Source: Eledone cirrhosa
Lineage: Eukaryota
Assembly: GCA_964016885.1 (NCBI GenBank)
Contig: OZ024742.1
Coordinates: 170,996,001 to 171,060,000, forward strand
Reading direction: 5' to 3'
Length of the DNA: 64,000 bases
Shown piece after piece: positions 1 to 18,348 of this stretch (the stretch's first letter is position 1; the number at the start of each line of letters is the position of its first letter). The position numbers and the translations under genes were made by a program. Under the pieces are notes generated by a model. It ran no database searches. It saw nothing but the letters and a program-made list of their open reading frames with translations, and was not told the DNA's origin.

Positions 1-314
1 ATTCCCAGTAAAACGTCTTTAATCAGTTTTCCGATGTGATGTACATGTATCTATGAATAATACATACACAGTCAGTGGTTTTGGAGAAAATGAAAAGCAG
101 TGACTGTTCATGTATTACATTATATACATATAATTTAGTCCAAAAGTCTATACATGTGAATCAATATAAAGGACCAAAAGTGCATTGCATGTAAATGCAT
201 GCACACAAGTAATATTTATTTATGTTTCCACTAAGGAAGGTTTACATATACATACATACGTACATAAATTCATATATAAATTCATCCACAAATACATATA
301 TACATACATGCATA

Positions 315-3515
<3,201 letters not shown>

Positions 3516-4158
3516 ATCTTTTTGTGAATGTGTATATTTTTGGTACATCATATCAGTTGTGTAAATGTAATCACCTGTAATATTTGTTTGCTTGTGTCTG
3601 TGTAGTTATTGTTGTCGTTATTTTTCTAACCCTCCCCCCCCACCCCACACACCAAAACAAACAAAAAAGGGTTTTGTGTATTTTTCTTTTCCATATATTT
3701 TCAAAAAAAAAAAAGCGAGGCAGACAGTTTTGTTGTTCATACAGAAAATAAGTGTTCTGAATGAGAAGTGAAGAGTGATTATTATATAAAATTGAATATT
3801 TTTCAAACAATGAAGGTTTTTTTCAGTTTAAATTTAGGGAAGGGGCAGGTTGGCGGAATTTATTGATTTTTCTTCCATTTTATGGATTTCTTTTAGTTTT
3901 TGTTTTTCTATTTTTATGTATTCCTTGGTCATTCTACGTTTTCTGTCTTCTCCTCTAGCCATTATTTCACTCTTAATTCTGTCGTTATTTTTTATCTTTT
4001 CTCTTTCGTAATCTCTCGCTCTAAACGTCCTCAAAAAACAAAGAAAATTCAGAAAGAAAGTAAAGAAAAATTTGTGTGTTCGAGTATATATATATATATA
4101 TATTTATATATGATTAATATTACACACTCTTTTCCTTTTTCTCATTTTTCCTCTCTTT

Positions 4159-4226
<68 letters not shown>

Positions 4227-4256
4227 ATATATATACATATAATATATATATACAAG

Positions 4257-4329
<73 letters not shown>

Positions 4330-4581
4330 GTAAGTATATATGTGTATTTTTCCATTTTACTTTTGGTTTATGAAACTCTGTTTTTCTCCGTTCCATTGGT
4401 TGTTAAATTAACTCACCAATTTTTCGAACAGCTTTCACGGAAAGCTGTGTTGTTTATTGTGTATTTATTTGCACACCGGCAGTCTAATAATAGTAGTAAT
4501 AATAATAAAAAACAACAACATAGCCCACGCCAATTTTTCTTCTTGTTTAAAAAATTTGTTTTTCTTTTCATTCACTTGATG

Positions 4582-4685
4582 TTAATGAACAATGAATTGA
4601 CAAGTGCTTAGTCCAAAAGCTAACACCAACGTAAAGGTTAAAGCTTGTCTGAAGCTGTCTTGACCACTCGCAGATTGAGCTGTAC
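4582..4685 (-). CDS. Probable terminal coding exon of a host gene with a GPI-anchor-signal-like C-terminus, (G)TAQSASGQDSFRQALTFTLVLAFGLSTCQFIVH*
   Basis: Minus-strand acceptor ttgttttcttgtatctttcag|GT at 4686-4705, phase 1, open frame to TAA at 4582-4584. Small residues precede a hydrophobic tail. Non-repetitive sequence. Confidence 0.65.
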
Positions 4686-5699
4686 CTGAAAGATACAAGA
4701 AAACAATGAGAGCGGTTAAGAAAAAAATATTGTTTTAAAATTTCATATTCAGTTGCAAATATTTATGAACAGAAAGAGAGAAAATAGAAAAAAAGTTGCG
4801 AGACAGAAAACATATATAACCAAGGCGTTGGGTGGGTAATTGGGAAAGGGTAAACTCTACAAGTTTTGCTGGATAGTACATATCATCTGCGCTCCGCAGT
4901 AGACATTCTAACGTTGGAATGATTTATAGACAACAAGCATGCCCCCCCCCCCCCCCTGCGCAGATGACACGCAAATTCGTGAATGGTTCCATATTGCAAG
5001 GCGTAGGAATGGCCGCGAGGTTTAGATGTTCGGCAAACATTTGACTCTGAGTTCAGACACTTGTAGATGGAAACTGTTACAGCTTGTCATATATATGTGT
5101 GTGTGTGTGTGTGTGCGTGTGACTATGTTTACGTGTGCGTCGGTGTCTCGGCCTATAACTTAGCAGTTCGACAAAAAGAAATCTATAAAATTAGTTCCAA
5201 ATTTGAAAAATAGTAAGTACTGAGGCTTGGGATGTAATCAAATAAATCAATGCGATGCCTCAGTATGTCATGCAGGCTAATGATTTAAACCATTAAAAAA
5301 TTCGAAGAAGTGGGTAGAAGAATGCAACGTGACACCACAATATATGTCAGACTGCATGTGTACATCATGATACTTAGAGGATGTATGAATGAAACACTGC
5401 TATGTAGACAGAACCATTTGACACAGTGTAAAAATAAGATGGCGCATAGAATTGCTATTGAAATCAATGATATGAACAATTTCTGTATGGTTTTATGTAT
5501 TTGAATACATTTGGAGGGGGGATGATGTATGCATGAAAACAAATGTTTGTGACCCCAACACTCTAATCACTAAACCATACGAATTCACACCCAAAATATA
5601 AAGACTCATTATTAATTAACCACAAGGTATTAAATTTGTCCCTTCTGTTTGTTCTGCTATCATCTGTTTTCCATAGCCATCTAATAATTGCTTCTGCTT

Positions 5700-6080
5700 T
5701 ATGGCAATTTTCAGGGAAAGGGAAAGTCGATTAAATCGACCCCAGTGCATTACTGGTACTTTATAGTATCGACCCCGTAAAGAAGAAAAGTAAAACTAAC
5801 AACTGCGGGATTTGAATTCAGAACGTAAAGGATCGTAACTATATGCTGCAAAGCATGTTGTTTGACGTTCTACCGGTACTGCCAATCTACCACCCTTCTC
5901 AAAAATTTGGGGAAGATGACTGTCGATTAAATCATTCCCAGTATTTGGCTGGTACTTATTTCATCGAAGCCAACTGGATGAAATTCAAAGTTGGCCGCCG
6001 TAGGATCTTTATATAAAGGGATGTAAGTAAGCCCTACAATACATTTTGTTCAATGCTTTAAAGATTTTGTCACACCATAG
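5700..6080 (-). mobile_element. Two older SINE copies
   Basis: Diverged family motifs. Confidence 0.65.
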
Positions 6081-6568
6081 CCCTCAGTAGCCAAGTTACA
6101 ATCATAATTTCATAATAAATAGCAATATATTTATTTCCCTCTTCCACAATGTAAAGCAGTGTGAACCTCAATATATCACTGGTATCTACACGAGCCACGA
6201 TTTGCTGTTAGACAGCACCTCTCTCAAATCATATACCCAACTGTCAGAAGACATGACACTAGATAATGTAGTCCTGACTTTCGTACATATATAAAAATGA
6301 GAGGATGGTTACGACTGGAAACACTTTGATCATATGCATGCTTGTTCATGGTTGATTTTTGACTGAAAAATAACAACAGCAAACAATCAATTCTACATAT
6401 ATATACACATATACATGTTTGTAATCATGCGATACATGCAGTCAGTTTCCATATACATCTGCAAAAGCAAGTCTATATATGCACACAAATGCATTCTAAT
6501 GTACATAATCAACCCTCCATGCAAGTCCTCTGTGCATACATATATAAACATGCACACTTACATACACA

Positions 6569-6921
<353 letters not shown>

Positions 6922-7174
6922 GTATAAATTATACACATATATATAGCATGTAGATTCCCGAAAGTGGTCGGGAGGTGACCACAGTTAAAGAAAGTACTCA
7001 ATAAGTTGGTAGAGTATAAACATCGTTATATTATATAGTAATGACTTCTAGAGGACTAGAACTGTTTCATTCGTAAGAAATCATCATGATTTCAAAATTC
7101 ATACGAATAAAATCCGTAGCTATCGTTTCTATATTATTATATTATAAATATATATATATATATATGAAAAAGTA

Positions 7175-8476
7175 TGACCCCCACGGCAGAGCTCAAGCCG
7201 TTTCGACAGCTATTTCTGGACTAAATTATAATTTTTAGTCTGGTAAATAAATAGCCGAACTTTTCAAGGGGTACTTCCTTATAGATTGTAGTTGTCAAGA
7301 GGATTGGTCAACATTTGTTGTAAAGACAGATAATTCTATCATGGCAGTGGGTGGGTGGTAGGGGTGGCTGAACTTGCCTGTAGAATAATGAGGGAGTGGG
7401 TAGAGCCGGTAAAGCGTTGAAAGTGAAATCTATACGGCAAATTCTAAGGATTGTGTAGGCCAGAGGAGATAGGCGGAAAAAGGTTTGTGGAGAAAATAGA
7501 GGAGGGACGTTATAGACTGGGTAAATCCATTGAGATTTGAAGACAGTAAAAAAAATAATACAAAAATAAGAGAAAGATATATAAAAATATAAAATTGGAT
7601 AGTGAGAAGTGATAAAAAACAAAAACTATAGAGTCTAAAACAGCTGCTATATTTAGTTGATGTTGCTTTTTCGGCCAATTCTATAGAATGAATTGAGAAT
7701 AGAAGATACTAAATAAGAATTGTTGAAATTGTATAATTGGGTAGTAAAAAGTAATACAAAATCTCTGAGGTCTAACACAGCTGCTATGATTAGTTAGTAT
7801 ACCAGTTCGTCTTTTTTGTTTAGGAGTTGATCCTTCGTACCAACACCGACATACGTTCCGAAACCCGGTCCGGCGACATGCCAATACACTTTCGGGCCAC
7901 ATCTGGGACCTCCAAGATAATAATATAACTTACAATCTTGCTCGGAGCTTACTATCCAGAGCTAACTCTTACACGGGAGGACGCTGTCCGTGTAACATAT
8001 GCTCGGAGGAAACATTACAAATGCTGTTTACGAAGGATCAACTCCTAAACAAAAAAGACGAACTAGTAACTGCATGCAAACACAGATTGCATAAGACTTA
8101 ACTCTCCTTGAAACCCCCTAACGATCCGGCTGGGTAGACAAGGGCTGAAACACCCCACTTTCCGAATAAGATAGGGGAAACCCCAGCTTACATAGGTAGA
8201 TGTACCTCTTTTCTTTTTGCCTACCTCCTCTGGCCTACTTTCATACGCAATCGTTAGAATTTGCCGTATAGATTTCACTGTCAACGCTTGACCGGCTCCA
8301 CCCACTCCCTCATTGTTCTACAGCAAGTTCAGCCACCCCTACCACGCACCCACTGCCATGATAGACTTATCTGTGTTTACAACAAATTTTGACCAATCCT
8401 CTTGACAACTACAATCTTCCCATATAAGGAAGTACCCCTTGAAAAGTTCGGCTATTTATTTACCAGACTAAAAATT
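7175..8476. mobile_element. PLE insertion: inverted 3'/pLTR copy, then EN fragment, then forward 3' UTR
   Basis: ~7233-7520 is the reverse complement of ~8200-8476, and 7805-7839 of 8029-8063. The EN fragment lies between. Confidence 0.8.
7838..8101 (+). pseudogene. C-terminal part of a Penelope-like GIY-YIG endonuclease
   Basis: Hand translation YQHRHTFRN..TLSGHIWDLQDNNITY..CNICSEETLQML..LLNKKDELVTACKH..KT*. Missing from the ORF track because it has no ATG. Confidence 0.8.
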
Positions 8477-8527
8477 CCATGACTGGATCTTAACCATCTA
8501 CTATGTCAGGGTATGTCATGCATCATC

Positions 8528-8596
8528 TTGTTTTATCTGACGAGGACGTACTGTTGATGTTAGCTCAGTACTTCTGAAATATGTATAATAAAATAT
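8528..8596 (+). ncRNA. Minimal type I hammerhead ribozyme motif (PLE family A)
   Basis: ttttat-CTGACGA-ggacgtactg..cagtacttct-GAAA-tatgta-TA-ataaaa. Stems I and II pair; stem III is short and near-palindromic. Confidence 0.75.
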
Positions 8597-8732
8597 ACTT
8601 GATCACAAGAATGTCTATTTTTGTTAATATTTTGAATTAATATTAATAACTCCAGAAAACCATTGCTGTTGAGTGTTTCAATCTATTGTAAAACTAATTC
8701 TTTGATTTATTCATTGAACCTTGTTTAACCTT

Positions 8733-8849
<117 letters not shown>

Positions 8850-8916
8850 TTCTATATATTTCAGAATCCCGGTAAGTGTGAAAGCAGCGATTCTTTGCTT
8901 AAACTTTAATCTGTTA

Positions 8917-9576
<660 letters not shown>

Positions 9577-9642
9577 TAACAGATTAAAGTTTAAGCAAAG
9601 AATCGCTGCTTCACACTTACCGGGATTCTGAAATATATAGAA

Positions 9643-9722
<80 letters not shown>

Positions 9723-9726
9723 CAGA

Positions 9727-9807
<81 letters not shown>

Positions 9808-9947
9808 TTAAAGGTTAAACAAGGTTCGATGAATAAATCAAAGAATTAGTTTTACAATAGATTGAAACACTCAACAGCAATGGTTTTCTGGAGTTATTAA
9901 TATTAATTCAAAATATTAACAAAAATAGACATTCTTGTGATCAAGGA

Positions 9948-10015
9948 TATTTTATTATACATATTTCAGAAGTACTGAGCTAACATCAACAGTACGTCCT
10001 CGTCAGATAAAACAA
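9948..10015 (-). ncRNA. Minimal hammerhead motif (family A, minus copy)
   Basis: Reverse complement of the motif at 8528. Confidence 0.72.
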
Positions 10016-10126
10016 GATGATGCATGACATACCCTGACATAGTAGATGGTTAAGATCCAGTCATGGTAGTGACTACCATGACTGGATCTTAACCATCTAC
10101 TATGTCAGGGTATGTCATGCATCATC

Positions 10127-10195
10127 TTGTTTTATCTGACGAGGACGTACTGTTGATGTTAGCTCAGTACTTCTGAAATATGTATAATAAAATAT
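10127..10195 (+). ncRNA. Minimal hammerhead motif (family A, third copy)
   Basis: Identical core. Right arm of a palindrome centred at gtcatggtag-tga-ctaccatgac (~10071). Confidence 0.72.
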
Positions 10196-10235
10196 ACTTG
10201 ATCACAAGAAGTTCTATTTTTGTTAATATTTTGAA

Positions 10236-10285
<50 letters not shown>

Positions 10286-10499
10286 TGCTCGCTTCAGTTA
10301 TAAGATGGCGGCTGTGCTGGGACACCAGCTAGATGTGATATAGTCGATCGTATCGATCTTCGTTCTTATTCTTTCAAGTTTCTAACTAGAACTAATTGAT
10401 CTCTGTTTGTCAAATTAGTATGTTGCAGGACATAAACAAACAACAATTGTAAACACAAAGACACACATATACATATACATATGCATATATATACCTATG

Positions 10500-10594
<95 letters not shown>

Positions 10595-11029
10595 GTATAT
10601 ATATTTTGCTTGTTCATGCGCACTCATATCAAGCTGTACCAATCTACCCCTCTTTCCCGTCTTCGTTGATTAGATTAACCCAATGGAGACCATCCAACAT
10701 ATATTCATTGCACACCTTCCTGCTTTACTTCATCAAATTCTCAATTGATTGTGCATTACATGACCACTTCTAGCAAATTTGTATAATTCTCTTCAGTTTC
10801 TGCCAACTTAATCATGACTCGGGCCAAACAATAATCCACATGGTTAATCACGATAGATGATAGTATACATAACCCACTGGTTTTCCTGGTGGTCATATTA
10901 TCCTTGTTATTACTCTTACTGTTGTTATTACTGTCGTTAACTTCACTGGTATATAATTCATTGTTTTACGGAAGGAATAAATAATATCCAGTCTCTTTAC
11001 AAAACTATAACACATTTTGATGCAATATA

Positions 11030-11472
11030 GAGATATAGTATATATGCATATCAGAAGTCTAGACTTCTATATAAAAACATCACAGATAATAACAAAAATT
11101 GAAGATTTCCTAGGCAATTGTAGTCCACAAAGCAAAACTCTAATTACAGGGGATTTCAATGCATATAATCCATTCTGGAACACTAACATAGGAAAGAACA
11201 GTATAAAAGAAGGAGAAAATCTCTTAGAGATTAGGAGTAAATACAACTATATTTTACATACAGTACTAGACTCTCCAACCTACAGACATTTTAATAACAG
11301 AATCTCAACAATAGATTACTTGTGGTCTTCTCTCCCAGCCCTTTATTTTATAGAAAACTGGGAATTAGAGCACAATATGAATCTAGGCTCGGATTATACC
11401 ACCAGCACATTTAATATTGGCAAACACACCAAATATAAGAAAAGAACGATACCACAATACTGCCTGGACTAA
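11030..11472 (+). pseudogene. Degenerate APE endonuclease fragment of a LINE
   Basis: LITGDFNA..W..G..L..PTY..STIDY..W..LGSD motifs. Confidence 0.75.
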
Positions 11473-11654
11473 GTTTACTAATTACTTAGAAGCAGAACTA
11501 TCACCCCACAACAAATGTTGAAATATCGAACCATCTCAAGAACTAAAAATAAGTCTAAAAATATTAATCTATAAAATATCCATAAAATACAAGATACAAT
11601 CAATGAGAAAGTACCTTTTGCTTGTATCAATCCGAATAAAAATAACAATAATAA

Positions 11655-12147
11655 TTGTTTTTACGTTTTGGCGCAGGGCCAGCAATTACCCAGTGCATTA
11701 CTGGTACCTTATTTTATCGACCCCGTAAGGATCAAAGACAAAGTTAACCTCGGCGGGATTTGAACACAGAATGTCAAGGGCCGTAACTCTATGCATCAAA
11801 GCATGGCGTCCGACCTTCTACCGACACTGTCAATCCACAACAATAATAATGTTTTAACTAATATGATTCCATCCGTTATTAACAATTCCTAACATCCCTA
11901 CATTTGACTGTTGTGCGACGTTCTACCAATACTGTCAATCCGCCGGTTTTATTATTTAGATTAATAATTGTTTTTACGTTTTGGCACAAGGCCAGCAAAT
12001 ACCCAGTGCATTACTGGTACTTTATTTCATCGACCCCGTAAGGATGAAAGGCAAAGTTAACCTTGGCGGGATTTGAACTCAGAATGACAAGGGCCGTAAC
12101 TCTATACGCCAAAGCATGGCGTCCGACCCTCTACCGATACTGCCAAC
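11655..12147 (-). mobile_element. Two SINE copies (11655-11840, 11968-12147)
   Basis: Same family motifs. Confidence 0.8.
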
Positions 12148-12856
12148 TTAAATAGCCACACTGCCAGCATATTTCGGGAGAGGGAGAAGTCGATTAAATC
12201 GACCCCAATGCGTAACAATAATGGTACTAATTTACAATGAAATTTATTGTCGGGCAAATGTAACATACAAGATTTGCATGTAAAATATTTTGTGACTCTT
12301 TCCTATTTGTACAGTTTTTGTCTTTTACGTATATCTGAGTAGTAAACACACACACACACACGTGTGTGTAAACAAGGTTTAAAACTTGAGAAATTCATTC
12401 GCGATATGACAGGAGGATTTAAACCTCAATATGTTTGTACAATCAGAGATTAAAAAGAGCATATATATATCCGAGGAATAATCCATAGGATAAAGTACAA
12501 TAAATTGAATTAAAGTAACTTCGCAGAACATTAGAACTTTAATATAATAGTGAACCAAGGATACGTGTGAGATAAATTCATTAATTCACTTTAAACGTGT
12601 TTCGCTAATTGCCGGAATACAAATTCTAATTAGATCACCATCACCAGCAGCAGCAGCACCACCGCCACCACCACCACCATCACCGACATCATCATCATCA
12701 TCATCATCATCATCCTCTATATGTATTTGTTGCTTTGATTAAATAGCATAAGTCTTAACCAATGTTTTTGAAAGAATATTTCGATAGATAACTGAAATAC
12801 CTAGAGATTTCAATACAGAAGGTAAGTAATCTCTCTCTCAATCACTCCTCTCTCTC

Positions 12857-12927
<71 letters not shown>

Positions 12928-12931
12928 GCGC

Positions 12932-12971
<40 letters not shown>

Positions 12972-13068
12972 CCTAATATATTTCTTCCATATACTGTACC
13001 GATTGTGTTGTTATTTCTGTTTACCCTTTACATATATATATATTAATATATATATATATATATATATA

Positions 13069-13177
<109 letters not shown>

Positions 13178-13577
13178 TGTGTGGTGTAGTGTAAAGAGGT
13201 TCCGTAAACTAAATAAAAGAAAAACACCACTCTATGTTAATTAATAAGGTAAAGTATATTATTATAAATTTTCAATACAGTTGCATGCTTTCAAGCCTTT
13301 AAAGCCTTATCTAACATAGGTGTTAAACACAGTATATCTGCTAGTGTTGCTTATCCTTCAGGCAATACTATGATTGCCGACATTATTTCATTCATGAGAA
13401 GTGCCAGGAAGGTAATAATAGTATAGCAGTAAATTCGCAGATATACTCTTTCTAAGGCATATGCTCGAGTAGGCTTTGAAACTTAGATAGCATGCAACTA
13501 TGTGGGCAATTTATTTCTAATAATAATAATGATAATAATAATAATAATAATAATGATAATAATAATAATAATAATAA

Positions 13578-15991
13578 GAAAAACCAGCAAATGGAAATCC
13601 CCAGGAAAAGACAAAATACAAAATTTTTGGATAAATGCCTTCACAGAGACTCATGAGCTGTTAGCCCAACTTTACAATGAAATAGTTAAGGAGCCAGAAA
13701 ATATACCATCATGGCTAGTTAACGGCATTACATTCCTGCTTCCGAAGAACGATGAGACAAACAATCCCAAAAATTACAGACCGATAACTTCCTTGACCAC
13801 AATGTATAAAATTTTAACATCAGTCCTAACTGAATATACATATGATCACCTGATAACGAATGACCTATTTCCCATTGAGCAGAAAGGGTGTAAACGAGGC
13901 TCATATGGCTGTAAGGATCAGCTTTTGGTTAACAAAATGATACTGGAAGATTGTCATAATAGACATAAAAATCTATCAATTGCTTGGATAGATTATAAAA
14001 AAGCATTCGATAGTTTGCCACACAGTTGGATTGAAAAATGTTTAGAGATTTTCAAAATATCTCCCGTTGTCAGGAGGTTTTTGTCATTCAGTATGAAGAC
14101 ATGGAAAACGACACTCCTTTTGAATAGTGAAACAAAATCACTGGAAGCTGGAGAAGTTAATATTAATTGTGGAATTTTTCAGGGTGACTCTTTATCACCG
14201 CTTTTATTCTGCATCGCACTTATACCATTAAGTAAAATGCTCAATGAAACAAAGTATGGATATAAAGTCTATGACAAAACCATTAATCACTTGTTCTACA
14301 TGGATGATCTGAAACTATTTGCAAAAAATGATGAACAATTGCAAGGGCTATTATCCACTGTGGAGCAGTTCAGTGATGACATTAAAATGGAGTTTGGACT
14401 AGATAAATGCGCCAAAGCAACGTTCACCAGAGGAAAGCTGCTGAAAAGTTCAGACATTAATCTTGATCGGGGGAATGTGATAAGAGAACTTGATCAAGAG
14501 GAAACTTACAAATATCTAGGTGTTTGTGAAGGAGACAGAATCAAGCAGTCGACATTGAGGGAAAGGATAAGGAAGGAATGTTACCGCAGAGTAAGAGCAA
14601 TCTTAAGAACGGAATTGAATGCAAGGAATAGGATCGATGCCATAAACACGCTTGCCATACCAGTAGTAACCTACAGTTACAATGTCATCAACTGGTCAAG
14701 CACAGAGATCCGTAGGCTCGATACAAAAATTCGAAAATTCTTAACCATGCACAGAATGCATCACCCTAAGGCAGATACATATAGAATATATCTCCCTAGG
14801 AAAGAAGGAGGACGTGGGTTAATCCAGTTAGACATTGCGTTGAAAACTGCAACAATTGGATTATCTACATATCTAAGGGAATCACATGATTGGATGATCA
14901 AACTCGTTTTGAAACACGAAAGCATCAAAAGATCATACTCCATTACAAAAGATGCACAAAGATACAGTAATGGACTACAAATTTCAGAAGTCCCATTTAC
15001 TGCTGAAATGGAAAACACAGAAAAAGCAAAGCAGGTAAAAGTAACTGCAAAGAAAGAACTGCTACAGAAACTGGCTAAGATATGGCAAGAAAAGCCTCTG
15101 TATGGAAAATACCCAGAACGAGCTAACAATCCTGATGTTGACAAAACTTTAACCCATCAGTGGTTGGCATCCTCTGGACTGAAATCGGAGACTGAAGGAC
15201 TGATTATATCAGCACAAGATCAGTGTCTGCCAACAAAAAATTACCAAGCCAACATAATAAAAAAATGGATGCAGCCCATTGTGCCGTGTATGTAAAAAAC
15301 AACCAGAGTCCATTGACCATATAATTTCAATGTGCAGTCCTATAGCTCCAACCGAATACCTAAACAGGCATGACAGAGCTGCACAATACATACATTGGAT
15401 AATGTGTAAGCATTTTGACCTGCCCCATCAAAGAATTGGTGGGAGCATCAACCACCCCCCATACTTGAAAAAGATCACATCTCAATCTTGTGGAACTTTA
15501 GCATCCAAACAGACCGAAAAATAGATGCAAATAGACCTGATATAATATTGAAGGACTTTAAAAAGAGGGTATGCCTGCTAATTGATATGTCCGTTCCAAT
15601 TGACAAGAATGTATCTATAAAAATATTTGAAAAATTGAGCAAGTATAAGGACCTGGAGATAGAAATTGGAAAAATGTGGAAATTGAGAACTAAAACAATA
15701 CCAGTGGTTGTAGGCGCTCTAGGAATGATACCTAAGGGGTCTAATGATTACTTATCGCAAATCCCAGGAAACCCGCGTATAGGAGAAATACAAAAGATAT
15801 TACTAATGGGAACTGCCCATATACTAAGGAAGATTCTGTCAATATAAGTACATCACAAGTCTAAACACCTAAAGATGCATGTGTGAGTATGTATGTTCTT
15901 TCTTGAACATGGCGGACCTTGTTGTCTCTTGAGGTCACTGGTTGTGACTTGGTGATAACTCGTATGAACATAAAGCAAGATAAATGCAGCT

Positions 15992-15993
<2 letters not shown>
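13578..15993 (+). mobile_element. 5'-truncated R4/Dong-clade non-LTR retrotransposon (RT, CCHC finger, restriction-like endonuclease), family A
   Basis: Motifs KSPGKD, YRPIT, EQKG, DYKKAFDS, GIFQGDSLSP, FYMDDLK, CRVC..HIISMC..RHD, NRPDI..IDMSVP..KYKDL, PVVVGALG. Two A-run frameshifts (~15262, ~15430). (TAA)n on both sides. Confidence 0.92.
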
Positions 15994-16052
<59 letters not shown>

Positions 16053-16055
16053 TAA

Positions 16056-16234
16056 AGGATGGTTAAAGAAGATTAGTCCAGCCCCGCTTTTTGGAACACT
16101 TCAAAAGGCATGCTTGCTGGGAACAGCAAGAACCCTCCGATACGTCCTGAATATCTGAGGCTGCAGGTAGCGGCTTGATATTCATTTCAACAAACTTTCC
16201 AGTTAAATAACATCAATGACTGAGACTCAAAGAA
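16056..16234 (+). mobile_element. 3'-end fragment of a second R4/Dong-type LINE (family B)
   Basis: Encodes GWLKKISPAPLFGTLQKACLLGTARTLRYVLNI*, then 3' UTR and a (TAA)n tail. Near-identical to 63708-63888. Confidence 0.85.
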
Positions 16235-16235
16235 C

Positions 16236-16275
<40 letters not shown>

Positions 16276-16652
16276 TATATATATATTCAGGAAATTGTCC
16301 TTTCATTGAGGGGTCTCTTAACAAGCCGATACCCTCACGGCACAAGTAGCACTTTAAATGCTTTGGCTGCATACCAATTGGCATAACTCTACAGTCGAGC
16401 CTTTAAAGAATTTAAAGAAAAAATTAGGCATATTTTCGTTTATTTGCTCTTCACATGACAAAGAGAGAGTGAAGGAGAACAGGCAGAGGAGTGAGATACA
16501 AAAAAAAAACCCCCCAAAAAGAAAAAAAAAAGAATGATAGGGAGAGTGGAGAGAAAATATAACATGCCGGAATATATATATACAATTTGAGTTTTTAGAA
16601 TATTAATAATAATATTCGATTCGTTTGCAATTATGAGATAACTTTTTAAGAG

Positions 16653-16683
<31 letters not shown>

Positions 16684-16684
<1 letters not shown>

Positions 16685-16880
16685 TAAGTAAGACCCCGAC
16701 GGCTGAGCTCAAGCCGTTTCGACGGCTAATTCTGTACTAATTGAGTACAGAATTAGCCGTCGAAACGGCTTGAGCTCAGCCGTCGGGGTCTTACTTACTC
16801 CTATTACCCACTCTACTACCCTAAGTATTGAGTACTTTGGTGCGTTATGGTCCACCTGATTCCTTACCACTTTTCCTTCG

Positions 16881-16881
<1 letters not shown>
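16684..16881. mobile_element. Family C palindrome in (TA)n
   Basis: Arms 16683-16738 and 16745-16800, centred near 16741. Confidence 0.8.
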
Positions 16882-16935
<54 letters not shown>

Positions 16936-17199
16936 ACTATCGAATGAGTATGAGATAAAGAAAGCAAAATGATTATTGACACACTTGCACATACATACAT
17001 ACATACATACATAAGATCGTAACATTTGATGAAGTTTCAAAATAACATATTTACTTGACGTCAAACTCATTCAATCATCGATGCTCTCACAGAGCCAGCA
17101 ATTTTGAGGGCGGGGAAAGTCGATTAAATTGACCCCAGTACATTACTGGTGCTTTATTTTATCGACGTCGTAAGGAATAAAATCAAAGCTAGCCTTGGC

Positions 17200-18348
17200 G
17201 AGTGTTCCAAAATGATATTATAAACTTCGATATCAACGGGATCATATTTTGCATTGCAAAACCTTATAGGCATTCTAAAACACTTTGGATGTAGTGTAAT
17301 TTAGAATTTTACCAAAGTTGTATTTTAAAATCTCGAATAAAATTCGAAAAGGACACCCAGTTGCAAACACCGAAAGTACAAAACGTTCAAATATTTCAAA
17401 CCATTCGTAGATAACTCTGATTTCAAAGGATGTTGAGAGCAGTTTTCGTATGAAGGTGGAACAAATTTTGACATTTTTATAGGATGAGTGGTTGTTTTTA
17501 ACAGTAATATATGTTTAGTATTCTATATCTTGAATAATTCAAAATTTTGGTTTTCCTATAATTATTCCTATAATTATTCCACTAATAATTATGGTTAACG
17601 AATTTTAATATTCAATGAGATTGATTTTTGTCGTAAACAATATTTTACTGAATAATCGTTTTAACAGAACCATTTAATGTTTCCAGCACTGTTATTATGC
17701 CCCGTTATTCAAGACGTTAAGAATTTTATGATGCTCTTTATATTTTTCTGTTGTGTTTACAAAGACTTAAGATCGACATTAATCTTTCTTATACCATGTA
17801 CTATATGAAAAAAAGGAGAATAATTTATGAAGGTAGCCCCCACTTGGTTAATTTAAATACCCCATCATACGCTCGAAATTTTCTTCAACACAGTTTATGA
17901 ATAAACGCTTGTATTTTATAAGTTAATAACCTCGCTTTTGTGTGTGCAAGAGAGTGAATTACAATAAATTAACAAGCAAAGCGATCAACATATTCCTGTA
18001 TTCTTTTATTGGTGTTTCGTTTAATGTTCATTTCCTTTTCAAGTGAAAGAATATCTCTGTTTAAAGCAACAAATTTAATATAGCGTAATTTTATATTTCT
18101 TCAACTTCTGTATCCATAGATAAACGGCGCGGCAGCTGTTTACTTGGAAACTAGAAACCTCTAACAATGATTTCCATTTCCTTGAACTTTAACTTTATAT
18201 TTTCTGATAATTCATTCTTCGGTGATTGCTTCTCTATGTCTCTATTAATCTTCTTACACACATCAAGTGAAAGCCAAGAGATTATGTTTTATCTAATATA
18301 ATTCCATCTGTTATTAACAATTCCTAATTTGCCTACATTTGACTGTTT
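17200..18348 (-). pseudogene. Highly degenerate LINE RT fragment
   Basis: RAYDGVF (~17855-17876) and an NY..I.LL-like segment (~18065-18090) on the minus strand. Boundaries approximate. Confidence 0.4.

Noticed and set aside
4883-4967. 10-bp inverted repeat tcatctgcgc / gcgcagatga near the terminal exon acceptor
   Set aside because: Too short to distinguish from chance without conservation data.
13280-13365. Hammerhead-like motifs here and at ~12590-12640 and 19122-19200
   Set aside because: The core is mutated (CTGAAGG, TGGTGA) or the stems do not pair convincingly. Probably decayed PLE ends.
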